Positions 39,456 to 49,823 of a stretch of 64,000 nucleotides of DNA are shown here, piece after piece. The notes beneath the pieces were generated by a model. It did not search any database, was not told the origin of the DNA, and saw only the letters and a program-made list of their open reading frames with translations. Made by a program: the position numbers and the translations under genes. The first letter of the stretch is position 1. Every line of letters begins with the position of its first letter. Source of the DNA: an uncultured Gammaproteobacteria bacterium (GTDB lineage: Bacteria > Patescibacteriota > Microgenomatia > CAYQLK01); NCBI GenBank assembly GCA_964404855.1, contig CAYOLO010000001.1, positions 158,245-222,244 on the forward strand, written 5' to 3'.

Positions 39456-40226
39456 TTAAAGAGTAGAAAATTGCAGGCGGAGGAATTTTTCCCTGAAATC
39501 TTGCGAGTGAGCAAAAAGCAGCCTGACCTTTTGAGTGGAGTAACTGATTTGAGCTTTGGTGACATTGTTAATTTGCTGACCATCGGCCATAAAAGCAACT
39601 GGGCGTCTTTCTGTGTCGAGGGCTGTTAGTGTTACTACCGAGTTGTGTGATAACTGGGCACTGCGCCAGTTGTGAAAAAGCGCTGGACAGATACCTGTGA
39701 GAACCAAATGGCGACTATCGATTGGTAAAATTTTGCCACCAGCTGAGGCGTTGTAAGAGGTTGAGCCGGCAGGAGTTGCGACAATGGCACCATCGCAGAC
39801 TAGTTTTTCAAATCTGATTTTGTCATTGACAGCTATTTCTATTCGGCAAGTTTGAGGTGTAGCTCGTTCGAAATAAAAATCATTAAAGGCTAAGGTGGTG
39901 CGAAGTTTTTTGTTACTACTAAACAGTTCGGCTTTCAGCAGACGGTTTTCGACGGTGTCAAATTCGCCGCTGATTATTTCATCAACAACATCTTCTTTGG
40001 CTTCGTTAAGCAAAAATCCTAGATGACCAAAGTTAAAACCGACGAATGGAATGTGGAGTGGATAATATTTTTTAATAGCAGTAAGCATTGTGCCGTCGCC
40101 GCCGAGCACAAGAATAAAATCAGCTTTTTGGTCTGGTTCGACTATTTCGAGCTTGCTTTTTATTTTTTTAATCAATACTGAAGAGGCGGGTAAACCTTGT
40201 CGGGAAACAAGTATGGCTTTTAGCAT
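39456..40226 (-). CDS. nadK: NAD kinase
   Basis: LGGDGT, GHLGFL, ND, DGAIVATPAGSTSYN.SAGG. Confidence 0.93.
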   Translation of the reverse strand: MLKAILVSRQGLPASSVLIKKIKSKLEIVEPDQKADFILVLGGDGTMLTAIKKYYPLHIPFVGFNFGHLGFLLNEAKEDVVDEIISGEFDTVENRLLKAELFSSNKKLRTTLAFNDFYFERATPQTCRIEIAVNDKIRFEKLVCDGAIVATPAGSTSYNASAGGKILPIDSRHLVLTGICPALFHNWRSAQLSHNSVVTLTALDTERRPVAFMADGQQINNVTKAQISYSTQKVRLLFAHSQDFREKFLRLQFSTL

Positions 40227-40251
40227 ATGGATATTTTAGTACGAAATTAAG

Positions 40252-40291
40252 AAAAAAGCCGACTTACACTCTTATTTGGAAGTCGGCTTTT
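40252..40291 (-). terminator. Intrinsic terminator
   Basis: AAAAGCCGACTT...AAGTCGGCTTTT just past the stop of 40307-40798. Confidence 0.65.
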
Positions 40292-40306
40292 GTTGTTGAT
40301 GTTGAA

Positions 40307-40798
40307 CTACTTGAGCGCGGTAAGCGTTTTGACAGCTTCGCGCATGGCGACGTCGAGGTAGATGGAGATGTTGGGATCACCGTCGTGGGCGGTTCCTGGG
40401 CACGGAATGTTGAGCCATTCTTCCCAGCGAATGTAGCAGCCTTGTTTGGCAGAATCTGCTCCGTATTGGGCGAAAAGGAAGTGTGTTGCATCTTCCTCGC
40501 TCATTTCTGGAGTTGTGACGCCGAACGCCGCACGGAGGTCATCACTGGTGAGGATTGTTCGTCCGGTGGTTTTGGCACGAGGGGATTGGATGACTTCCCA
40601 GTCCACGAACCATCGGTCAGTGCTAAGCTCGTCAGTCTGGCTGACGGTGAGTTTGGCCGCACTTCCCAGGATGACGAGCAGTCGTTTGGCTGCGTCGAAA
40701 CTTTTGACGTGCATTTTGAACCCGTGATGGTGGAACCACACAGGACGACCCATCCTTAGTTCAGGTTGGGTTCTGGTCATGGTTGAGGTTTGTGACAA
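40307..40798 (-). CDS. GC-rich hypothetical protein
   Basis: 163 aa ORF, TTG start after AAAGGCGGT SD-like motif, followed by terminator. Confidence 0.6.
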   Translation of the reverse strand: MSQTSTMTRTQPELRMGRPVWFHHHGFKMHVKSFDAAKRLLVILGSAAKLTVSQTDELSTDRWFVDWEVIQSPRAKTTGRTILTSDDLRAAFGVTTPEMSEEDATHFLFAQYGADSAKQGCYIRWEEWLNIPCPGTAHDGDPNISIYLDVAMREAVKTLTALK

Positions 40799-40967
40799 GC
40801 GTGACCGCCTTTGTCTGGTAGTTTTAGGGGTGCTGTTAGAGTGCGAGGCGGAGAATACACTTATTTTGAAGCTATGTCAATTGTTAATTAACCTATAATA
40901 TTTGATTTTTGAGGCTAAATTTGATATAATTAGGGTTGGTAGCACTTTTGACAGGGAGCTTATTGGT

Positions 40968-41360
40968 TTGAGTAGTGACAGTTTGATCCAGTTCGGTGTT
41001 TTGGATGTGGCTCACAGTGACCCAAGCAGGACGCTGTGTGAATGCAATCTTAACGATTGCTCGGTTCAAATCATCGATGTCGAGGTGGAGATTCCGCTTG
41101 CGAACCACTACCACAAACTCAAAGATGAGACGTTTGTTCTCGTCGAGGGAGGTGGAGTGTTCTACGGTGTGGCTGTTGACGAGTACGGCAATAGGCTGGG
41201 AGAAGTCCAAGCCAGGCAGCTACTTGAAGGCGCTGTCATCAAGGTTCCGGCTTTTTTCGCTCACACTTTCATCCTTAGGTCTGGCAGTCGGCTGGTTTGC
41301 TTTTCGAGTAAGCCGTTCAACCCAGAAAACACAGATTTGCATCCACTTCAGCTTGTCTGA
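40968..41360 (+). CDS. Cupin (WxcM/FdtA-like sugar isomerase fold)
   Basis: HSD.R, NHYHK.KDETFVLVEG, VPAFFAHTF; TTG start after AGGGAG. Confidence 0.7.
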   Translation: MSSDSLIQFGVLDVAHSDPSRTLCECNLNDCSVQIIDVEVEIPLANHYHKLKDETFVLVEGGGVFYGVAVDEYGNRLGEVQARQLLEGAVIKVPAFFAHTFILRSGSRLVCFSSKPFNPENTDLHPLQLV

Positions 41361-41382
41361 AGAAGTGTGTGCAAAAGTCCTT

Positions 41383-41412
41383 TGCCCTCGATTAATTTCG
41401 GGGGCATTTTTT
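41383..41412 (+). terminator. Intrinsic terminator
   Basis: TGCCCTCGA-loop-TCGGGGGCA followed by T run. Confidence 0.6.
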
Positions 41413-41882
41413 TAGTTAAGAAATTTAATAGCAAGATTGAGTAGACTAGCGAACGATACCCAAGCGATATATGGGTAAAGAAGACGAGAGGCGAGAGGAG
41501 AAAAAGGAGCGAATTTTTTGATAGTTAGAAAGATAGTTATCCAGAGAATGAGTATCTCAAATAAAGCAAACAGCGGAGATTTTAGTCCAAAGAAAATAAT
41601 GGACCAGAGTGTGTTAAGTACAAGTTGAGTTGCAAAAATAGTGATTGGTACTCTCTTGTCTTTTTTGGTTTTTGCGACCAGAACTAAATACAGTGATACG
41701 CCCATTAGGATGTAGAGTGTTGTCCAGACTGGGGCAAAAATCCAGTTCGGTGGATTGAAGAATGGCTTGTTAAGGGTTGAATACCAGGTGGGGATTGACG
41801 AAGCGGTGAAGAAGGAGCCGATACCGCCAGCAGAAAGGGAAACTAGTATTGAGAATGTAAGTTTTGGCAGGTTTAATTTCAT
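41412..41882 (-). CDS. tspO: TspO/MBR tryptophan-rich sensory protein
   Basis: WYSTLNKPFFNPPNWIFAPVWTTLY, LNTLWSIIFFG, PYIAWVSFA. Confidence 0.92.
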   Translation of the reverse strand: MKLNLPKLTFSILVSLSAGGIGSFFTASSIPTWYSTLNKPFFNPPNWIFAPVWTTLYILMGVSLYLVLVAKTKKDKRVPITIFATQLVLNTLWSIIFFGLKSPLFALFEILILWITIFLTIKKFAPFSPLASRLLYPYIAWVSFASLLNLAIKFLN

Positions 41883-41910
41883 TTTTTTATTTGACTGTCC
41901 TGGTTGCAAG

Positions 41911-42043
41911 AAATCTGGCGGAGAGGGAGGGATTGGATTTTTAGTCCATTTACCTCAAAACTCGTAATTTATTTATAAAATTTTAACAAATTACTCGTTT
42001 TTCGTTACCGAACCCTTGTGGTGGTTCAAAACAACCTACCCTC
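41911..42043. repeat. Fold-back echo of tRNA-Ser(GCT) 3' end
   Basis: 24-bp direct repeat 41911-41934 = 42076-42099; continuation CGAACCCT at 42009-42016; degenerate inverted copy at 42023-42043. Confidence 0.8.
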
Positions 42044-42080
42044 ATATTTTTCATTACTGCCAACGCAGTTACGAAAAATC

Positions 42081-42173
<93 letters not shown>

Positions 42174-42239
42174 AGAGCTTGTATATTCTACCTGACTGGC
42201 GTGAAGAGTAAAAGCGATTTGTTTGATAGAATAATTATT

Positions 42240-42620
42240 ATGAAAATATCAGCTGTTGGAGTAAGTAGTCGTGATATGCAAAAAAGTGTAGAGTTTTATT
42301 CTCTACTGGGGTTTGATTTTAGTGGAGTTGATTTGACTGAAGCTCATGTTGAGCCAGTAACACCAGAAGGTTCGGCCAGACTGATGATTGATAGTAATCA
42401 GATGATTAAGGATATTTTTGGTGAAGAGCCCGTACAAGGCAATCATTCGACTTTTGCAATTGAATATTCAAGTGTAGAAGAGCTAAATAGTGTTGCGGAT
42501 AAGTTAACAAAGGCAGGTTTTGTGTTCAAAAAAGAACCTTGGGATGCGTTTTGGGGGCAGAGATATGCAATTATTGCTGACCCAGACGGATGCTTGGTTG
42601 ATTTGTACGCAAGGCTATAG
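42240..42620 (+). CDS. VOC/glyoxalase family protein
   Basis: DMQKSVEFYSLLGF, EPWDAFWGQRYA.IADPDG. Confidence 0.88.
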   Translation: MKISAVGVSSRDMQKSVEFYSLLGFDFSGVDLTEAHVEPVTPEGSARLMIDSNQMIKDIFGEEPVQGNHSTFAIEYSSVEELNSVADKLTKAGFVFKKEPWDAFWGQRYAIIADPDGCLVDLYARL

Positions 42621-42622
42621 AG

Positions 42623-43024
42623 ATGGAATATTTAATTAAATATTTGGCTATTTTAATCCCCTTAGGGTTAATAGATTTGGTGTGGCTTAGCTTAACTTCA
42701 AAGAGTTTTTATGGGAAAAATATTGGCCATTTAATGGCTGAAAAAGCAGATTTGGTACCTGCAGTTGTTTTTTATTTACTGTATTCACTTGGAATACTTG
42801 TATTAGTAGTTAGTCCAAGTTTGGGAAATGGGTCGGGATTATTTAAGGTTTTTGTTTTGGGTGCATTGTTGGGATTTGTGGCTTATGCGACTTATGATCT
42901 TACTAATCAAGCTACGCTTAAAAACTGGCCACTAGTTGTGACAGTTGTAGATTTGGTTTGGGGGTCAATATTGAGCGGTAGTGTGTCTGTTTTTGCGGTT
43001 TGGGTGTTAAAAATATGGCGGTAG
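42623..43024 (+). CDS. DUF2177 family membrane protein
   Basis: IDLVWL, AYATYDLTNQATLKNW, VDLVWG. Confidence 0.85.
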   Translation: MEYLIKYLAILIPLGLIDLVWLSLTSKSFYGKNIGHLMAEKADLVPAVVFYLLYSLGILVLVVSPSLGNGSGLFKVFVLGALLGFVAYATYDLTNQATLKNWPLVVTVVDLVWGSILSGSVSVFAVWVLKIWR

Positions 43025-43082
43025 TTGTTAGAATTGAGGGATAGTTGGGTGGGTATTGGAGGAGGGTAAAAAGGTTTAATAA

Positions 43083-43601
43083 ATGAGCGAAATAATAATT
43101 CTTGTTGACGAAAACGATAACCAAGTAGGCACTGGTGAAAAAATGGAAGTTCATCGCGCGGGCAAATTGCACCGAGCTTTTAGTGTGTTTGTTTTTAATA
43201 GTCGTAATGAGATGTTGTTGCAGAGAAGGGCACTGACGAAATATCACTCGGGAGGGTTGTGGACCAATACTTGTTGTAGTCATCCAAGACCAGAAGAAAA
43301 AACAATGGACGGTGCTAAAAGAAGATTAATGGAAGAAATGGGGTTTGTGTGTGAACTTAAAGAAGTCGACTCTTTTGTTTATAAAACAGAGTTTGAAGGA
43401 TTGTTTGAACACGAATTTGACCATGTTTTGATTGGTAAGTACGAGGGTGATATTAAAGAGAACAAGGATGAGGTCGAAGAGTGGAAATGGATAGGTTTGA
43501 ATGAATTATATATTGATATAAAAAATAATCCAGATAAGTACACTTCGTGGTTTAAGATAGCTTTGGAGAGACTTAATTTCCTAGAACTTTTAGTTAAATA
43601 A
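43083..43601 (+). CDS. idi: Isopentenyl-diphosphate delta-isomerase, type 1
   Basis: LHRAFSVFVF, WTNTCCSHP, RRLMEEMG, EHEFDHV. Confidence 0.95.
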   Translation: MSEIIILVDENDNQVGTGEKMEVHRAGKLHRAFSVFVFNSRNEMLLQRRALTKYHSGGLWTNTCCSHPRPEEKTMDGAKRRLMEEMGFVCELKEVDSFVYKTEFEGLFEHEFDHVLIGKYEGDIKENKDEVEEWKWIGLNELYIDIKNNPDKYTSWFKIALERLNFLELLVK

Positions 43602-43646
43602 TTTCATATTTGGAGTAATAAAGGTCGATAGTTGTTTTTATAGTTA

Positions 43647-43740
43647 CTCGCCAAAATTTTTCCAAAAACTGCCTCCGACATTTTTGTCATCAATTTGGCT
43701 ACGTCCTGCGTTAAGAATGAATTAAATATTCATTCTCTCG
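43647..43740 (+). repeat. Structured intergenic element, copy A
   Basis: TCGC-CAAA...TTTG-GCTAC-GT-CCTGCG-hairpin-CTCG; same layout as 48655-48746 on minus strand. Confidence 0.55.
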
Positions 43741-43773
43741 TCGAGACATGAAAACCTGAAACTAAAAGGCAAG

Positions 43774-43802
43774 AAAAAGCCCGCTTGGAAACCAAGCGGG
43801 CT
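43774..43802 (-). terminator. Intrinsic terminator
   Basis: AGCCCGCTTGG-TTT-CCAAGCGGGCT followed by T run on minus strand. Confidence 0.75.
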
Positions 43803-44028
43803 AGGGGTTGACGGCTCGAAGCCGAGAAAGAGGTGTTTGTGGCCTGAAGTCCAAGCTTAACGGATAGGTCCGTTGGCTAGAGCGAGAGCTTGGTTAAAAG
43901 CGACTGAAACACAGTTTCTCTGGTTTGAGCCAGGATGTGGAGACGAATTTCTTCGACATGGGGAGGTTGAGGTGCAAGCGAGCGCGCGTGAGCGCTAACC
44001 CTCCCTCAGGCGGACGGTCGAGGACGTC

Positions 44029-44988
44029 TTAGATCTGCAGGGCAAAGGCGGCCGGTTTGGGCTGCCAAAGCTGATGCATCGAACTCGAAGGGGAGCCGCG
44101 GGCGATGTTGCGGCCGTGTTCGGTGTTCGTGTTGCGGAGGAGTTCGGATTCGCCGGGGGTCGCTGCTGCGTTGTTGCGATGAACGGTGAAGACTGTGCCG
44201 GCGACGATCGGTGCGATGAGCGGATACGCGGATCCTGCTCCAAAGCGCTTGAGCGACGAAATCATGGCCGTTCCGGCTGAGGCGATGGCCCTTCGGAAAT
44301 ACGAGTTCGAGGTTCTGACGGCGCCGACGAATGTGATGAAGGCGGCGTGTAGTCGACCGAAGATCGCGCTGGTGACAGGATGCGTCTTGCGCGGGCTCGT
44401 CGTGGTGTTTTCGGCGGACAGCGTGTCGATGGCCTTGGCCACATGCGATGCACGTTTAAGGCCGAATCGTTTGCTTATCCCCGTGTCGTCGTCAAGTGAT
44501 GCCGAGTTGAAGAATGTGGTGCCGGCAAAACTTCGAGAACCCCTCGAGGTATGACGATGACCCATTTCTTGCCGTCGGATGTACCGAGGACTGGCGTTTT
44601 CAACGAGCGGGCCCATGTTGGCTACTCGCAGAAGGACCACGAAAGCGACCGTGACGGCGACGAATGCCCAGAGCTCCACAGGTCGGGACTGAGCGGTGGT
44701 GTTGCCGATGGTCGAGGCGACGGAGTCGGTGATGCCGAAGAAGACGTTCGCGACGTCGGTGACCGCACTGGTTGTGCTGCCGCGTATGTCGGGAAGGTTC
44801 GTATTCGGAGTCGAGAGGTCGTTGGTCGAAGGCGAGATTGCCTGCGAATCGACGGGCTCAGACAGGCTGGCTGCCGAAGCGCTCGACCATTCAGTCGCGA
44901 GCGTTACGAAGACGGCGAAGGCAGCGATGATGGCGATGAGCCACGCGATGCGTTTTCCGCCGACCGTTTGGGTAATTTCCCTGCTCAA
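44029..44988 (-). CDS. High-GC exported/membrane hypothetical protein
   Basis: 319 aa ORF, TTG start 8 nt after AAAAGGAGGA, signal peptide plus TM; GC visibly far above host. Confidence 0.55.
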   Translation of the reverse strand: MSREITQTVGGKRIAWLIAIIAAFAVFVTLATEWSSASAASLSEPVDSQAISPSTNDLSTPNTNLPDIRGSTTSAVTDVANVFFGITDSVASTIGNTTAQSRPVELWAFVAVTVAFVVLLRVANMGPLVENASPRYIRRQEMGHRHTSRGSRSFAGTTFFNSASLDDDTGISKRFGLKRASHVAKAIDTLSAENTTTSPRKTHPVTSAIFGRLHAAFITFVGAVRTSNSYFRRAIASAGTAMISSLKRFGAGSAYPLIAPIVAGTVFTVHRNNAAATPGESELLRNTNTEHGRNIARGSPSSSMHQLWQPKPAAFALQI

Positions 44989-45325
44989 TAGACTGGTCCT
45001 CCTTTTGTGAGGGAGTCTAGTTTTTAGACTTAAACCCTAATGTTTCAAGGGTCCAAGTCGTGTTGGTTGAAAATGAAAACTGGTCGGAACAAGTATCAGG
45101 TCTTTGTGGCTACCCTAAGATAGAGTAGTCCGAAATTCCTCCTTTTAATTGGAAAGGTACGACACTTTTCACTGGCTGTGAAATTGATGTCTAGCTAAAT
45201 TGTACACCCCGAATGCAAGTTTTTGGACTACTGTAATAAGATTGGTTGAAAAAGAAAGGATGTAAATACTCAAAATGGCTTCGTTTTTGGGTATTTTATG
45301 GTAATAGTGTGATATATTCCTAGTC

Positions 45326-47161
45326 ATGATTGACCAAGTTGATCAAGTAAAAGATAGGTCGGATATTGCTGAAATTATTGGCGGTTATGTACAGCTAAAA
45401 AGTGCAGGACGAAACATGAAAGGATTATGTCCGTTTCATGGCGAAAAAACACCGTCGTTTATGGTCAACCCCGAAAGAGGTACTTGGAAGTGTTTTGGTT
45501 GTGGGGAAGGTGGGGATGTTTTTACCTTTTTGGAAAAAATTGAAGGTCTAGATTTTGCGGAGGCTTTGGAAAAACTGGCTAAAAGAGCAGGGATTGTTTT
45601 AGAAAAAAAATTCAACGGACAAAAAGACAAACAGAAAGAGACATTGCTGGCTATTAATGAAGCGGCTAAGGATTTTTATCACAAAATTTTGCTTACACAT
45701 CCTGTTGCTCAAAAGTCTCGTGAATATCTTAAAGATAGAGGGTTAAAGGTCGACGATATTAAGACTTTTGAACTAGGTTATGCGCCTAATTCTTGGGATT
45801 CTTTATTCAATATGCTGGTCAAAAAAGGATTTAGTCAAGCAGATATTGCCATGTCGGGACTGGTAATAAGTAAAGACAGAGGTGGATTTTATGACAGGTT
45901 TAGAGGAAGAGTGATGTTTCCGATAAGAGATATTGCGGAAAGATTGGTTGGGTTTTCAGGGCGAACAATGATGAATGATCCAAAGGAAGCAAAGTATGTG
46001 AATACCCCAGAGACACCGATGTTTAGTAAGAGGAATTTGTTATACGGAATACATTTGTCTCGGCAGTTCGTGACCAAAGAAAATAGTGTGATTTTGGTCG
46101 AAGGGCAATTTGATATGGTTTCTTCGTTCCTGGCCGGAACAAAAAATGTCGTGGCTACAGGTGGTACGGCACTAACTGATGGGCAGTTGAGGGTGATAAA
46201 ACGATTAACTGAGAATGTTTTGATTTGTTTTGATTCTGATTCGGCTGGTGACGCTGCTTCTAGACGAGGTATTGAGATGGCAGAAAATGCAGGACTGGTT
46301 GTTAAGGTGGTAACTCTGGTTGGAGTTAAAGACCCTGATGAAATGGTAAGAACTAATTTGGCTGGATGGAAGGAAGCGATTAAAAATGCTCAAGGAGTGT
46401 ATGACTATTACATCGACTGGGCGTTTCGTAGTTATGACAGGACAACTAGCGAAGGTAAAAGAAAAATCGGTCAGGAATTGATGCCTGTTTTGACTGGGAT
46501 TAGTGATGAAATTGTTAAAAATCACTATGTGAAGATTGTGGCCGACAGGCTTGATACAACCGAAGATGTAATTATGCGAAGTATGAGTCAGGTTAAATCT
46601 AAGTCATTAGACTCTTTAACAGATTTTTCTAAGGTTGATGATTTGGCTAATAAAAAAATTGATGATGATATTGTTAATCACAAAGCAGGGCTCGAGGAAT
46701 ATTTTTTGGCACATTTATTACAGATTGGTGATTATTCCTGTGAGCTATCGATATGGCCAGAGGTAGGAGATATTAATGACACGGAGTTAAAACAAATATA
46801 TCAGGCATTAATTGAATATGAGCCATTTAGAAGTGCGGGGAAGTTTAAAAAAGTTGAAGACAAAAATGAATATTTTAATCAGTCGAGGTTTATTAGCAAC
46901 TTACCAGAAGAATTGGTTATTAGGGCGGACAAATTGTGTTTACTGGACTTATCAGAGGTGATTGATGAGCCTCATGCGTTTGGTAATTCGCTTGAAAAAT
47001 CAGCAATTAAGCTTTGTACGCTTGCATTAAAAACAAATTTGGATACAATAACACGACAGTTAAAAGAACTGGATGCTTCGGGTGGGGTGAAAGACCTAGC
47101 CATTCAAAGCCGGAAGTTTGCCAGATTATCTAAAAAACTAAGGTCAATGCAGAAAAGTTAA
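45326..47161 (+). CDS. dnaG: DNA primase
   Basis: CPFHGEKTPSF, CFGCG, DRFRGRVMFPI, KYVNTPET, VEGQFD, FDSDSAG, KDPDE. Confidence 0.97.
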   Translation: MIDQVDQVKDRSDIAEIIGGYVQLKSAGRNMKGLCPFHGEKTPSFMVNPERGTWKCFGCGEGGDVFTFLEKIEGLDFAEALEKLAKRAGIVLEKKFNGQKDKQKETLLAINEAAKDFYHKILLTHPVAQKSREYLKDRGLKVDDIKTFELGYAPNSWDSLFNMLVKKGFSQADIAMSGLVISKDRGGFYDRFRGRVMFPIRDIAERLVGFSGRTMMNDPKEAKYVNTPETPMFSKRNLLYGIHLSRQFVTKENSVILVEGQFDMVSSFLAGTKNVVATGGTALTDGQLRVIKRLTENVLICFDSDSAGDAASRRGIEMAENAGLVVKVVTLVGVKDPDEMVRTNLAGWKEAIKNAQGVYDYYIDWAFRSYDRTTSEGKRKIGQELMPVLTGISDEIVKNHYVKIVADRLDTTEDVIMRSMSQVKSKSLDSLTDFSKVDDLANKKIDDDIVNHKAGLEEYFLAHLLQIGDYSCELSIWPEVGDINDTELKQIYQALIEYEPFRSAGKFKKVEDKNEYFNQSRFISNLPEELVIRADKLCLLDLSEVIDEPHAFGNSLEKSAIKLCTLALKTNLDTITRQLKELDASGGVKDLAIQSRKFARLSKKLRSMQKS

Positions 47162-47164
47162 ATT

Positions 47165-48373
47165 ATGCCGAAAATTTCCAAAACCACAGAAAAAAAAGCT
47201 CCAAAAACAAAAAAAGAAACAAAAGTTAAAGAAAAGCCAGTCAAAGTTTTAGCTGAGAAGAAAGTTAAAGAGCCAAAAGCTCTAAAGCCGGTTAAAATTC
47301 CGCGGACTGCTGCAGAAGAAAAACTGAAGTTGCAGATTCGTAAGTTGGTTAAAAAAGGTAAAGACAATGGGTATGTTACCCAGGACGAGATTTTTAAGGT
47401 TTTTGATAAACCAGAAGACCATATTAAAGATCTTGATCAGTTGTATGCCAAACTAATTGATTTGGGGGTAGATGTTTTTGACACCATAGAAAAAACAGAG
47501 GGTTCTGAAGAAAAATCAGACGAGGTGGTTGTATCTGAGGATTTGGGAGTATCTGATCCAGTTAGAATGTATTTGAGAGAAATCGGAAAAGTCCCACTAC
47601 TTAAATATGAAGAAGAAATTGAGCTTGCTAAAGCGATTGAGGCTGGTTCTGCCGCGGCTAAGCAAAAGTTAATTTCGTCTAATTTAAGACTAGTTGTTTC
47701 AATTGCTAAGAAATATGTTAATCGCGGACTAAGCCTATTAGACCTTATTGAAGAAGGGAATATTGGACTTATGAGAGCGGTTGATAAATTCGATTACAAA
47801 AGAGGATTTAAGTTTTCGACTTATGCCACTTGGTGGATTAGGCAGGCCATAACTAGAGCTATAGCTGACCAAGCTAGGACGATTCGTATTCCTGTACACA
47901 TGGTGGAAACGATCAATAAATACGGTCGTGTTAGTCGACGATTGATGCAGGATTTGGGTCGTGAGGCAACAGCTGAAGAGATAGCCAGAGAAATGGAAAT
48001 CGAAGTCGAAAAAGTAAGAGAGATTATCAAAGTCAGCCAAGAGCCAACTAGTTTGGAAAAACCTGTTGGAGAGGAAGAAGACTCGAGACTTGGGGACTTT
48101 ATTCCTGACGAGACAGCTTCGCCTGATCAGCAAGCATCAGCAGCGTTACTTAAAGAACATATTAGTGAAGTGTTTTCGACGCTGACTCCAAGAGAAGCTA
48201 AGGTTTTGGAGTATCGATTTGGTCTTGAGGACGGGAAACAGAGAACTTTAGAAGAAGTAGGTAAGGAGTTTGGAGTTACGCGTGAAAGAATTAGGCAAAT
48301 TGAAGCTAAGGCTATTAGAAAACTGAGACATCCGTCGCGGGCTAAGAAACTTCGCGACTATGCGGAGTTTTAG
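47165..48373 (+). CDS. rpoD: Primary sigma factor RpoD
   Basis: [55 protein letters not shown]. Confidence 0.98.
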   Translation: MPKISKTTEKKAPKTKKETKVKEKPVKVLAEKKVKEPKALKPVKIPRTAAEEKLKLQIRKLVKKGKDNGYVTQDEIFKVFDKPEDHIKDLDQLYAKLIDLGVDVFDTIEKTEGSEEKSDEVVVSEDLGVSDPVRMYLREIGKVPLLKYEEEIELAKAIEAGSAAAKQKLISSNLRLVVSIAKKYVNRGLSLLDLIEEGNIGLMRAVDKFDYKRGFKFSTYATWWIRQAITRAIADQARTIRIPVHMVETINKYGRVSRRLMQDLGREATAEEIAREMEIEVEKVREIIKVSQEPTSLEKPVGEEEDSRLGDFIPDETASPDQQASAALLKEHISEVFSTLTPREAKVLEYRFGLEDGKQRTLEEVGKEFGVTRERIRQIEAKAIRKLRHPSRAKKLRDYAEF

Positions 48374-48654
48374 ACGTATTTAGTTTTTTAGGGTTTTCTT
48401 TTCAAGAAACAAGGTTTTAAATTAATTTTAAAAATAATTTTTTATATTTCCTTCTTCACTTTTTGCTGAGTGGCGTAAGAATAAAACTCGGCCACTCATC
48501 AAGGTGAATTTTCTGACTTAGAAAAAGACTGTTTGTTTATTAGTTTTTTAAATAAAGGAATATCCGAAAATTCAAACCCGTTCAGAAGAAAATATGGGAT
48601 AAGAGAAGAAAAAAAAAGGTCAACAAAAGGAAAGTTTGGAATAAGGAATTTGGG

Positions 48655-48746
48655 CGAGAACATTAGTTTTAGGTTTCCAAACGCAGGCTTGTAGCTCAAA
48701 CTGACTGAGTAATGAGTTGACCGAAATTACGAAAGAATTTGAGCGA
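48655..48746 (-). repeat. Structured intergenic element, copy B
   Basis: Minus strand TCGC-TCAAA...TTTGA-GCTAC-AAG-CCTGCG-N23-CTCG. Confidence 0.55.
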
Positions 48747-48750
48747 AAAC

Positions 48751-48987
48751 CTACTTTTCGGAGTTGAGGAGTTCTTGGGTTGGGTCGGTGATATTAATTG
48801 AGTTGAGTTCGCTATCCAAATCAGTTGGTTCGGTCGAGTTGGTTAGGGTGGGTTCAGTTGTTGGTTGTGTGACTTGACTAGAGTTGTCGGTAGAATTTTC
48901 CGTTGTAGTTTGTGTAGATTTGGTTGAGCATGCGGAGATAATTGCGGATGTAATAATTAGTGCGGTTAAAAGTTTTTTATTTTTCAT
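48751..48987 (-). CDS. Small Thr/Ser-rich lipoprotein
   Basis: Lipobox ISAC. Confidence 0.7.
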   Translation of the reverse strand: MKNKKLLTALIITSAIISACSTKSTQTTTENSTDNSSQVTQPTTEPTLTNSTEPTDLDSELNSINITDPTQELLNSEK

Positions 48988-49634
48988 TACTGGTTTTTTG
49001 ATTTTTCAGTGTCATCTTTTTGAGTAGGTTCAGAGATTTTTTTGGCTTCATTGATAGCACTTCTTAGATTTTTTTGAGTTTCGACAAGTTTTTGGTGAGT
49101 ACTTCTTATTGATTCTTTAAGTTTAGGGAATTCTGTAGTGATATTGTCTTTGTCTATACCGCTTAGTATGTCGGTGGAGGTAGTAATGTTAATTAGCACT
49201 TCGGCTAATGAGTTTTGGGCTTTTGTTAGTTCTGCCTGAGCGCTACTGATATCTTTGCCGGCTGATTCTAGTTCTGTTAGTTTGGTTTGGATTCGGGTTA
49301 ATACATTGTTTAAATGGTCGGCGTGTTTGGTTTGGCGCTCAATTATTTGTTTGGCTACCTCAGTGCGTTTTTGTTGAAATTGAAGTCTAATTTCTTCTTT
49401 TTTTTCTTCAATATCAGCTTTTATTTCTTGTCGTTTTTCTTCGATTGAGGATTTAATTTCTTGTTTTTTTTCTAAAATATTTGATTTGATATTGAGACGT
49501 TTTGGCTGAACTTCGTGTTCTTCTGTTTCTTGAGAGCTAGTATTGGAAGTTGTTGGTTCGTGGTCTGCAAGCGCCACACTGGGCGAAAGTAATGAGGAAA
49601 TAGTAACGGCTGAAACAATAAGTTGTTTAAGCAT
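48987..49634 (-). CDS. Secreted coiled-coil protein
   Basis: Signal peptide ending ALA; KQEIK-type repeats. Confidence 0.75.
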   Translation of the reverse strand: MLKQLIVSAVTISSLLSPSVALADHEPTTSNTSSQETEEHEVQPKRLNIKSNILEKKQEIKSSIEEKRQEIKADIEEKKEEIRLQFQQKRTEVAKQIIERQTKHADHLNNVLTRIQTKLTELESAGKDISSAQAELTKAQNSLAEVLINITTSTDILSGIDKDNITTEFPKLKESIRSTHQKLVETQKNLRSAINEAKKISEPTQKDDTEKSKNQ

Positions 49635-49729
49635 ATTTTGATTATACAATTTTGTTTGGAAAAATGGCGTTTTGCAAAAGGATGTGAGAATGGTAAAATC
49701 TTGAAGCTAATTATCGTAATTAGTAATAG

Positions 49730-49804
49730 TCCTCGATAGCTCAACGGTAGAGCGCCCGCCTGTTAAGCGGTAGGTTCTAGGTTCGAATCCTAGTCGAGGA
49801 GCCA
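49730..49804 (+). tRNA. tRNA-Asn(GTT)
   Basis: TCCTCGA/TCGAGGA acceptor, loop CTGTTAA, GGTTCGAATCC, GCCA. Confidence 0.95.
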
Positions 49805-49823
49805 AAGTTGATAAAATAAGTCT

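Noticed and set aside
44074-45010. Plus-strand ORFs over the high-GC segment
   Set aside because: Shadow frames; the minus-strand ORF has the SD, signal peptide and terminator
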